64,000 nt of DNA from Ramazzottius varieornatus (taxonomy: Eukaryota; Animalia; Tardigrada): NCBI GenBank assembly GCA_001949185.1, contig BDGG01000021.1, positions 210,817 to 274,816 on the forward strand. The letters are read 5' to 3'. The notes under the pieces are model-generated. The model searched no databases. It saw only the letters and a program-made list of their open reading frames with translations, and was not told where the DNA came from. This document shows, piece after piece, positions 41,913-54,990 of the stretch. Position 1 is the stretch's first letter. The number at the start of each line of letters is the position of its first letter. Made by a program: the position numbers and the translations under genes.

Positions 41913-44854
41913 TCAGTTCGATGGAACTGCGGTGTGGGTCTCGACAACTGGCAAGTCTCGTTCGCGTCTTGCGGTTTGCCTGTCACGGGCCGCAAAGTCT
42001 TGTATACTGCTTAAACAGACAGCATCGGCATAAAGAGTCTGCGAACTGGCTTCTTGTACCTAACCAGAAGAAAAAGTCCATCATTTGGAATGAAGTTCTC
42101 AACGCGTTCGACATGCAGCAGGTTCCAGCTGTATCTTACCAGCACTTCCACGTAGTCTCCTGGCTGTGGAGCAGCATACTCGACCTTACTGTTCGAACTT
42201 CCGCCTCTAGATATCCCAGCAACTTTTGGGAAGATGACTTTTGTTCCAGAGTCCGCTCTTCCCTGTAACTGACTGCTGGACCTTTTGCTGTCCTACGAAT
42301 ACACAGTGGTATACGGTCGTTTCTTCCCTTCCGAGATGACACGCTTTTTCGAAAGTTGATAAGGTGAGCACAACTTACGCCTTCGACGAGGACCAAGTGC
42401 CGTGATCCAATTTGTTTCTGGTTCAACTAGGACCAACAAGGACGTTAGCTGTTTGTGATGCGCCTAGCAGGGATGTGAGTGTGAGGCTCGTACCTTTAAT
42501 GCAACATCGCGGAAAGTTGAGGTGACTTCCTTGAAGCGCCTGTTTTTGTCGGCCGGCGAGACATTATCCTCCAGTCTTTTATCAGCACTCGTACCCTAAC
42601 GAAAGACAAAGCGAGTACGGTCTTGTGGACAGCAAGGTCCCAGCGGACTATACTGACCGGTCGCATGCTGTAGGGATAAGCATAGACGAATGCATAACCC
42701 ACTTCCTTCAACAGGGTCAAGGTCTCCTTGTGAGCTTCCTAACAAAAGCCATGCAGCCACAGTGAGAACGAAGTTTAGAGCTGAACGAGGCCACAAGACT
42801 TCTTACCTCCGTTTCACCACAGAAGCCGGCGATAAAGTCGCTGGTGAAGGCGATAGGCGGTATGATGGATCGTATACGGTGGACGAGATCGAGATAGACT
42901 TGTCGCGTGTAGCCTCTTCGCATGGCTTTCAGAACTTGACTACTGCCACTTTGCGCAGGTAGATGTAGCTGCTTACAGATATTAGGTCGATCGCGCATTA
43001 GCTGTATGACCTGCAATCATGCAGTGGACTGTGATGCTAGAGGATGATATGACAGAGGTTGCGAGACTGGGTACTTGCTTCGTCGGGGAAGTCTTTGGGA
43101 TGGGGCGACTGGAAGCGAATGCGCAGTTCCGGGTCAATGTTGGACACTTGCTCCAGCAGCTCCACAAAGCGTAGACCGCCGACTTTGGGCTTGTACAAAG
43201 TGCGGAAGCCGCTTATCAAGCCTGAAGGTGGGTGGCAAGTCGAAATGGACCTCTCTGTCGCATCGCAGTAACTATTGACGTTCTGACCCAGTAATGTCAC
43301 TTCTCGAATTCCCTAAACACAGGTGCAAAGTTCTCAGTTAACTATGCTGTCAAAGAAAATTCTAACAAGGATGTTGCAAGACAGTACACGAGGGTTAAAC
43401 ACCTGATCCCGCAAGGCCTTCACTTCGTTAAGGATGGAACCGACAGGGCGACTTCGTTCCTTTCCACGCTAAAAGATACTCTTGTTATTTCTTCTAGTTA
43501 GAAGACGGCGTGACGATCCGATGCTTGAGAGGCCACTCACCACAAAAGGAACGATACAGAAACTACAGAAGTTATCACAACCTCTTTGAATAGACCTACA
43601 AGTCAAGAGACGTCAGCATCTACGGTTAAGATACTGGTTTCAGACTATTCAGTTGGCTAAAGCTTGACTAAGCTTACACGAAGGCTGTTGTAGGAGAGTT
43701 TGTCAGATGGACCGGTACTATATCCGCGTACGTTTCCTCTTTTGACAACAAGGTGTTGACTGTCAAAAGTTAAAGCAGAACGAGATCAGCATCTCCTTAC
43801 TTAGCAAAACCGCTCGCCAACCACCGTAGGTCCATGGCAGAGGAACGGCATTCCGAAGAAGAACATGCCACACACGTGTACCATACCTGCGGCTTGTCCA
43901 GATTCAACCTGCCGCAACAAGCGAGGTAAATCTCGATAAGAATCTGCAAAGAGGGCAGAATGTGGGTGAAGGACCGAAGGTGCATCTGCCTTTCCGCGGA
44001 GAGCCATGACAATTCACCTGGGCCGGCGATGACGTCCACCATCTTCTCTTTGTCGAGGATCTTGTCTTTCAGGCGTTCTGCCATACATCCTGTACATCGG
44101 ATTACACACACTTCCCCTCTGGGATCATCAGCAGACAGAGATTATATGATCCGCCTACCGAGAAGGCCTACTTTTAAGCGCTCATTGTTTGCTGAGGCTT
44201 CTTTCCGCCTTCGTTGCTTGAAATAGTCTAATCGCTCCCATATTTTGTGCTCGGCGCTTTCTCGGATAGCACAGGTCATAATCAGCACTATGGATGCCTG
44301 CAACCCCAAACGTCAATAACCATTTGTCACCGATATGTGATAATTCTGTCATCTGAGGCTTCTCGGCAGGTTTCCGGCTGCGCAGTATTGATACTCAATC
44401 GACAGTCCATAATTTCATGTATACCAAAGAAATTTTGTCAACTTTGATGTATCCCTCCTTTTGCAGCACGGACCATACCACCTCCGCATCACTCGTGTTC
44501 ATCTGGCAGCCATGGATCTCGAAGAACACTAATACATAAGAGACGCGGCGTTTAAGTTGACCAAGCCAGTTACAGAACAGAAAATGCCAAACAATCGTCC
44601 AGTGCTGGAGAATATATACCTCTGATACCGTGCCCTGATGAGCAGTGGGCTGCAACCGGACCCGCTGTCGGAGCAAGACGTCCGTGGGACAGAAAATATT
44701 GGAAATCGGGGCCATCCGGAAGTCGATGGGTGACAGCTCCAGAATGCTCTTTGGCACATGCAGATGCAGTCGCCTGTTTTCTCCGCATCAACTCGAAGAG
44801 TTGCTTGGCTGTCCGCAGTGGACGTAGATGGTGGCATTCTTTTAGATTGTACAT
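41913..44854 (-). CDS. CDK5RAP1: Mitochondrial tRNA methylthiotransferase (MiaB family radical SAM; UPF0004 + SAM + TRAM)
   Basis: [53 protein letters not shown] (CxxxCxxC), [27 protein letters not shown] and [12 protein letters not shown]. Confidence 0.95.
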
Positions 44855-45259
44855 CGCAGATATGTGACTACTTCAGTTTAGCCAGCACGAACGCCATTGC
44901 AAGTCCTAACCTAACACTAACTTAACGGGATACTAACGATGTTGGTAACCTGCTAGACAAAGGTCAGAATTACGCCCCCAAGTTGTGCGGCAGCCTGGCT
45001 GACTGGGCCCTGGCCCCTGGTCGAATCGCAGGTAGACTTGCTGGAAATTCTCAGGTTTTGGCGAATTGAAGGAAGCAGGTGTCGAGCGCAGGTGTGCAGT
45101 GAGCATCAGAACACAACGACACGCACCTAGAAACAGCGGTTCCGTCACCGTCTGACTCGATTGAATTCACTCGAACGCTGAATAACTACAGGACTGCTTG
45201 GTTGACGAGAACTTGCACTGCGTGCATTCAGCCGGTCAAGAGGCTGAATAAAGCAGTTG

Positions 45260-46390
45260 AATTGAGCCAATCACAGATTTATACAGGAAATGGAGAATTT
45301 CCAGCAACTCTAATCGTAGGTTGCCAGGATCGCCAGGCGTTCTTATTTTGCAGAAATATGCGGGTAAAATCGTCAACATCGCAATGGACGACACGGTCTG
45401 GCGGCAGTCAAGCCTTCCCGTCAGTAGGGGCGCTCTCGGAACCAGACGCGTCGATCAACTGGCTCTCCCGGCCTCTCTGGCTTCCGTTCACTCGGCATTC
45501 GATCTGATGAAACAGATCTATCCTCAAGTCGACGTGAATTGTATAGTATCGCCGGCGATAAGCCACTGGCAGGTAAAGAGTATCTCACAGCCTCCCATTC
45601 TTACTCTCCGTTCAACGCAGAAGGCGTGGGACATCCCGATAGTTGACCAGCACTACCAAACCCTTCTGGATGCCAGTTCCCAAGCAGAAAGAGCCAGACT
45701 AGTTGCCGTATCAGCCAAGGACTCAGGAGCATGGCTTAATGCGTTACCCATTTCTGTTTTAGGTAATTTGCTGGACGACAACTCGTTTCGCATCTCAGTT
45801 GGTTTGCTTCTTGGGGCTAGGCTCCGTGATCCCCATGTTTGTCGTTGCAAAAAACTTGTCGACGAGCTGGGGCGCCACGGCTTGTCTTGTCAGTTGAGTG
45901 CCGGCCGTCATTCTAGACATCCCGCTCTGAATGACTCCATCCACCGTGCTCTCATCAGCTGTAAAGTCCCGAACGTTCTTGAGCCCAACGGGATCCTCAG
46001 GGACGACCAGAAACGACCTGACGGACTAACGCTCATCCCGTGGCAACAAGGTAAGGCTCTTGTCTTGGATGTAACCTGTGTGGACACTGTTAAAAAAACA
46101 TACCTTCGAGGATCAGCGGGGCAGCTCGGTTATGCCGCCCACAAGGCGGAAGAGCTCAAGAGACACAAGTACCGCGATCCGGATGGTCGCTACCTGTTCT
46201 GTCCAGTAGCGTTCGAAACTTTCGGTCCTTTCGGGAACGAAGCATCCAGCCTTATCCAGTAAATAGGCAAAAGAATAGCAGAAGCCACCGGCGAAACAAG
46301 ATCTCTCTAATCCTGCCTCTGTTTTCGGAACCCTTTCTGGTCATAGAGGTTTGGAGGAGATCTATTCTATTGTCGATGTCAATAACCGAG
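45260..46390 (+). mobile_element. 5'-truncated non-LTR retrotransposon fragment with restriction-like endonuclease (CRE-like clade)
   Basis: ORF 45321-46262 has SGAWLNALP, a CxC..H..C zinc knuckle, RH..ND, RPDGL..PW..G..L..DVT and K..KY (RLE signature). No RT core is present and there is a premature stop at 46260. Confidence 0.85.
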
Positions 46391-46879
46391 ATTTTTAGCT
46401 GAGTGGAATTGTTTTATTGTTTTGGAGTCTGGTTCTATCGGGCCTCTTTATGCTTTTGCAAATTGGCTTGCGTTTTGTGCATGGCTGTAATTTTAAATTT
46501 TTGTTATGGAAACTGTGAAAGGTTTTGCAGAATGGACATTTTGGGCGAACCCTCAAGCCCCACTTCCGGGCTCGGATTTGGTCAAGAATTTTTGGTGCCG
46601 TCGTTCGGCGTCTTCGAGCGAAATCACCAAAAATGCCATCGTAGGAAAAATATTGGCGCATTGTATTTGTTCTGAGCATTGAATTTTTGTTTTTCTGTTT
46701 GGGAAGAAGACGGCAGCGCGTTCCTTTCAGGCTCCACAGTAGCTTGCCCTCGGGTGGTTGAGGAGCGACGTTGGCAGCAAGCAGCTGGCAGAAGCGACAC
46801 GACTTGGTGCTGGCTGGACTAGTGCAGATCAATTCTTGGCCTTTCGTTAACAGTCTTAGCGTTCCTTCCGGTCCTTTCA

Positions 46880-49800
46880 TGCATGATATGGATTATGAGG
46901 TACTAACAGTCGGTAATATCGCCGAAATCAATGTGAAGGACTTGGAAGAAAGGCTGATGGAGGGTGGAGGGCACGGGACACTGGCTCAGTACTGCCATGG
47001 TAAGTGCTGACTTATGCATCACCTGTTGCTCGTCCCCCTTCCAAGCTCAAAAGTGCTTACTGGCTGGAATCCCCTTATAGATTGCCAGTGGAAGGATGTA
47101 GGGAAGGTGGGGGAGGAGGGACACAGCACTTTGTCAGCGGACAGCAGCCTTATGGATACTCCGTCTCCTTCCGGCAGCAGCGATCCACCCACTCCACCTA
47201 GCATCATAGAGTCAACATCAACCATGCGTAGTCCTTTGGATGCGGAGGCTGAAGGCTTCCGCCTGGCACAGCAAAGTCTTGCCGCACGCTACAAGAAGGC
47301 ACAATTGCCCCATCCGCAGATGTGCCTGCAAGAAGTCGAGGTATACAACGTAAGGCGACTTGTCGTTGTAGCTGCAGGAGTCGCTCTGTGACAAACTCCC
47401 ACTATATTTCTCATTTTCAGCAGGACTCTTCCACTGTCGGACATTGTCAGATGATATCCGAAGACGGAGGTGACGATTTACCGAGCGACTGCGATTTAAT
47501 TTCCGAGTGAGCTCAATATACCTTCCTTGTCTATGAATATGGAACCTGTCGTTGCAGACAGGTTTCCTCCAGATACATTTCGACAGGTTTCAAGGGAGTA
47601 AATAAGATGTCAACTCTGTCTTTTTCGCAGTGATGGCGAAAAGGATAAAAGACTAGCCGGTGAGGAGATGGCTGATGATGAGGAGAGGGGCGAGCAAGTG
47701 GCCGAAAGTGGCAGCGAGTATTTCACGATTACGGACACTGTCGATGTCGAGGAAGTTGTGGCCCACCTGTCCAGAGAAAGACTGTCTGCGCCGCACAAGG
47801 ACGTAAGTCATCTCCTGTGGGAAATGCCTTTCGTCCTAGCTAGAGTGGCGGGAAACAGAGTTTGGCTTTGCAGGGTTCCCTGGTGGAAGAAAGTGGGCGC
47901 CATTCCGATCAAGAGATGGGGCAGTTGGTCATGGAAGGACAGAAGACAGATTGTCGCTGCGGGCTACTTTATTGGGGTACGACATTGCATTGGTGCATCC
48001 TAGTCTAAACAGTTATCCCTCTTACGGTCGTCCTTGATGTTTTTGTACAGTTGAGAAGGGCAGAGTAGGCTTTGGCCCTTTCCAGGGCTTTCGCCGTTTG
48101 ACAGGCAGTGGCCACAGCTCGCTGAGCCTCAGCCCGGACGCAGACGAAGAAGAAGACGATAGCCTCCAAGCCGTGGCCGACAGAAGCGTATACGAAGGAC
48201 TGCTCATACACCTTGATCAGCCTGACGAGATTTCCCTGTCCTCTCCAACGGCGGACCACACCCACAATGGCCAGCCGGAAGAATGGCCCCAGCTGGATGA
48301 GAAGGGAGATGGACAACATGTCTTTGCCATGCCAGAAAAGCTTCCACCGGGTATGGTATGTTGGAAATGACTTGAAATTGATACTGCTTGGCATGTGTTT
48401 CGATGGATGGAGTTGTCTCTTTAGGAGCGGAAGTTGAGGCTGCTGATGAGATGGAAGAAGAGGCCGTACTCTTGGCCAACGAAGGGGACAGCGGAAAGGG
48501 GCTCTTGCCGGAGCGGATGGGGCAGCAGACCTTGACGGCGTTGGATGAGGAGAGTTTGGGAAGGGAGAGGGTGTGGCAGTGGGAAGTGGTGGTCGACGAA
48601 GCGCCGCTGCCAGACGCTGCGGCTGGTGAAGGACCAGCAGCGACCGTGGGACAGCTGGTGAACACTGTCACGGGCCATGACGTGCCCGAAAGCAGGGAGC
48701 AGTCCAGCGACAGTGCCAGTCGCTGTCGCCCTCTAGCTGATGGCATGATGATCGATACTGACAATGCAAAGGAAGACACTTGTCCCCCACCCTCCCTCTC
48801 TCACTTTGCCCAGGTGGCAGCGCAGCTTTCCACTAGCAGCGCCGGTGAGGCCCAGGCAACTCTGCTGCCACCACCGCAAGTCATTCAGCCGACGGAAGGT
48901 TTTGTAGCTCAAAAAGCATCCATCGAAGAGGAGGTATGGTTCTGCGCTACCTCCATTGAACTGTACAAGCAAGTCCATCATGATGGGCATCTGTTTAGCT
49001 GTGGTGTGTTTATAGGTGGCGCTGGTGGCAAGGATGGAGACTTGTGCTGCGCTGGAAGTCCTGAAGGAGCAAGATATCAATGGGGGGAAGAAGGGACAAA
49101 GCGGCAAAGAGGAGCTGAAGAAGGAAGGAAAGAAAGTTGGCGCCCTGCAGAAGCGTCCAAAGGGCCCAAGGCGCAAAGGTCCGGCAGCCAAAAAAGCCAA
49201 GCGCAGCAGCAGCAGGTCGCCCTCGCCCGAAATACCTTTGCCCAAAGCAGCACCTCTCAGTGCCAAAATGGCCCATCAGTCTCCTCCACCGCCGGGAGCG
49301 GCTGTCAATCTTGTGGGGAAGAATGTGGCGGCTGTCCAGGGTCAGCACAGAACGGTTGCCCTAGCTGTGACCAAGGCCCAGCCCAAGAAGGTCGTCATCA
49401 AGGCCATCCATAGTAAGTGTCATTTCCCTCACTAGTCTTTTCAGTCCGACGAAAACAATGCGGGTCTTAATTTTGTGTGTTGCCTGTGTAGAGGCTGACG
49501 TGGACGCCTTTGTCAAGGACAACCGGGCCGATCTGGTCACGCATCATAGCCTACTAGGCCATCAGGAGCTCTTTTACGACAAGAAGAACAAGGCCGTAGG
49601 TAGTCTTTCAAGGGGCCCCGTACCTGGAACCCTAATAACAATTTCCCCTAACATACTCTTTCCCCATAACTGGCAAACCTAACAGCCTCCAACCCGAAGA
49701 ACTCTTGCCCCGAAAAATCAAAGCTAGACCCGAGTACCACTTTCCCCTAACAGCCTCCAACCTGATCAACTTCGACCCCGAAGAACCGCGGATCCGAAGA

Positions 49801-51677
49801 CCACCTTCCCCGAAGAACGCTTCTCACTACACGTTTTCTGAGAAGCACCTGATCACTGATCACTGCACCGTCAAAACGTTTTGTTGCCGCCGATACAGTG
49901 TGAGGCTATTACGTAATGCTCGCAGAGCTTACTAATAAACCTTGCATGCGACTCGATACCCCATGTTATCCAATGTCAACCCACTTCAGGTGGTCAAACA
50001 TGGGATTTTTGGGCACGAGCTGTCGTTGCGGAGCTGGTTTTGTTCGTAAGTTTGTGTTTGAACCCCTCTGTTGAACTTTGCCCAGTGAAGGGCAAAGTAC
50101 AACATTAGTGGAGATGAGCTTGTGAATGGAATGTGACTGAAGAAGCGAAAGTAGGTCACAAAAGAAGTAGATAAGGCTATAGCATTGTATTCTGAGTCAC
50201 AGGGAGTAATTCAATGGTTGGGAACTTGGGATACGCGCTGCCATCATCCCAGTTCCCGTTTTCTTCCCTTTTAGCCTCCCTCGGCGGCAACAGTACCCGC
50301 AAGGGTGCCGCCCCACGAATTAACGATTGCTTCCATGAATTCCTAATGAGCATCATATTGCCTGATTTGGATGAGTTGACGAACGATATCAAGCTCGGTT
50401 TGTTGTTGGCACCAGAAACAAAAACTGCGTTGTCGATAGCGGAGCCACCACTTTTGTTGGCCGGGACAGACATTCCGACTTCCGCTGCATAAAAACTAAA
50501 TGTAACTGAAAATAATCAGTCAACCGGTAGGGAACTTGTAGATAGTTATCAAAGGACCACAACTCGAAGAAAAAGCGCAAATGAGAATGATGCTGTGAGA
50601 AATAAGATGCATCGATTCGATCGAACCAACTGTATACCGCTCTAGTTATTCAGTACGAGGTGCTTCACTCAACAGCAGCTCATTCGAAAAAACACTCTTT
50701 GTCACGATTCGAGCTGCGAGAAATACTTTCGCTAATTCATCGTTCGACCACTCATGGAGGGCCCGGAGGGCAAGTCCAAAGTCCAAACAATACAACAGAT
50801 TTCTTTTTAGGGCAGAGTGTTCGTCGGGGCTACAGTTATTAGGGTTTGTGACTGTTAGGAGTCGAAGGTGTTCGGGGCCATAGTTCTTCGGGAATAAGGA
50901 CATATTTTAAGGGTAGGTGCTGTTCGGTGCGAAGCTGTTAGGGGACAGCGTTCTTCGGGTCCGAGGTTCTTCGGAGCGACGCTTAGGAGGAGTTGGAGTT
51001 AGGGGGCAACGTACCCCCACCATTCAAAGGCCAAGGCCGGCTGTGCTTGTATAGTGGCTCTTTCTTGTTGTCTTGCAGAAGTTGGACTTTCGTAAGCAGG
51101 TTTTGGACAAGATGCCCCAGCAGATTTTGTATGAGATCTTGGCCTTGATGCCCAAAAAGTGTCTGGAGACTGACGGAAAGGGTCTGACGCGGTATGGGCA
51201 GCTTTTGCCAAACTTGTCGTTTTGTACCATCTGCCATGTTCCCTCTTGTCATCATTTCCGCAGGTTGAAGGTCGGCATGTTCTCAGCTGAAGACGCCAAG
51301 TTTCGCGCTGCCCTGCAGCTGTACCAGTCTCGTGTCCGCACTGGCCAGTATGACACGGAGGTGCGACGGGCCTATGTCCAATACGCCTTGAGCACTGTTG
51401 ACCCTTGGAAATTGAAAAACTTTGAACCCGTCTATGGAATGGTGTAAGTGCTGCCGCCTCTACATTGCATTTCGCTCTTAATGATGTCGCCATCACTGTT
51501 TCTTTCAGGATGGACCCTTCCTACGTCACAGGGACTCTTCACCATCTCCTCCAGGCAAAAGCGGCCCAAATGGCGGAAGAAAGCCAAGTAAGAGAAGGTG
51601 AGAACACAGAGACTACGAAGCCTCACAAGAGTCCACTGTATGCACTGAGCTTACAAAGCGCCCAGTTCTCTGGTTAA
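46880..51677 (+). CDS. Low-complexity nuclear protein with a C-terminal divergent DEUBAD (ASXH) domain, Asx-like; multi-exon
   Basis: Acidic exons from 46.9-48.9 kb, a basic NLS-like exon at 49015-49412, then exons 49492-49595, 51079-51191, 51264-51443 and 51509-51677. These give DLVTHHSLL..LDKMPQQILYEILALMP..DGKGLTRL..FRAALQLYQSRVRTGQYD..VDPWKLKNFEPVYG. Linkage of the 5' exons is less certain. Confidence 0.65.
49611..51018. mobile_element. Probable non-autonomous DNA transposon inside the DEUBAD-gene intron
   Basis: Left-end arrays of CCCCTAACAGC/CCCGAAGAAC are mirrored by GCTGTTAGGGG/GTTCTTCGGG at the right end. The intron is 1.48 kb versus under 100 bp for most neighbours. Termini and TSD are not resolved. 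Confidence 0.6.
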
Positions 51678-52006
51678 AGTCTCCTTATCCTTTTGCTCAA
51701 TCTTATATTGTCTTATGATGCGAGAGAAGTTCCTACTTGCCAAAAAGTGATTTCCCCTGATCGTCAAGATCACACAGCCTTTCTTCCCAGATTTTTTTAC
51801 GGAAAGCTTTTAATCCCTACTTTAGCTCGTAGAATTTTCTTTCACGTCGAACCATTTCTTTCCTTGCATTTTCTTTGTTACTCTTGCAAAAGATGAGTTG
51901 AAAGACTGTTTTGAGAATCAAAATTTGCGCGCACTGGGTGTTCACATGTGTGCGGTTCGTTCATCGGCAGGGAGGGTATCATCACACTCTGCCTTATGTT
52001 TCCCCT

Positions 52007-53897
<1,891 letters not shown>

Positions 53898-54990
53898 CTC
53901 GCGGACAAATTTCACCGGTCGAAACAGCGTGCCCAAGTGATGGGCAAGAAGGAAGAGAAATTGGAGAAATTGGAATTAAGGCAAGGTAGCTTGTACTTCA
54001 TGATGTGTAGAATGTGTCGGGGGTGTTCCGCTTTAGCCGTAGCTAGATGATCTGCCAAGCGAAACTGCGTGTTTACAGTGTGGTGTGATTGTTTTGTGCT
54101 GTTTTCGTTTCGATCGTCGATCGATGTGAGTTCTTGTGAGGCAGGTCGATCGGCCTTCTTATCACTGAGAGACCCATTCAGCCATGTGTACTTTAAGTCT
54201 TTTTAGACGGCTGCGTCAGACCATTAGTCGCTTCGCAGCCTACATGCAGGTAGCGCACACCGATGTCAGTACCGACCACATCCTATCATATGGACTGGAA
54301 ATCAATGCAGGTATCGAGTATGGTGTGTATGGTCTGGCCTGCAGGCACCGTAAATGGCGGTTGTGGAAATACCTGTACTCTTACACACTTCGTTCTAACG
54401 TTGACGTCTCTGATGCCGCCAGCAGCTGCTTAGGTGTTACGTCACATTTTCGTAAGATTACGATATTAGTGAGTATTCGTCCTGCAGTTACGATTTTTGA
54501 TGACGTGAAGGAGCCATCGTCATTGTATTGCAATCGTCAGCGCCGGACGAATACTCACTATTAGGCAGTTGCCTACTGGGTTCGCCAGCTGCAGATGCCT
54601 TATGGACCCGGCATTAGTTCATCTCGAAGCATCCTGAAGACCTTATGGCAGACTGGATACGATCTGCCATCTACAGTCTTGGGTCCGAGTCTGACAGCTC
54701 TGGCCGCGAATAAGTAATCCTCTAGCTGAACAGTACTTAGTGGTGCATGGCGGAAGTACTTCCAAAGCTGACAAAATATCGGCGATCACCCCGACAACAA
54801 TCACCAGGCCAGCTTTAATTTGGCACGTCCATCGCAGGATGACAGCAGAGATTAGTCAGCAGCTACCGTCGTGTGTCTACTGTTTAGCCAACCGATGTTA
54901 CGTAAGGACCATGGGAGGCCGAAATCTTGCCGGTTGTAGTTATCTGTGCTTGTGTGTGGCGTCACTGTGACGCTGTGAAATGCGTGGATC

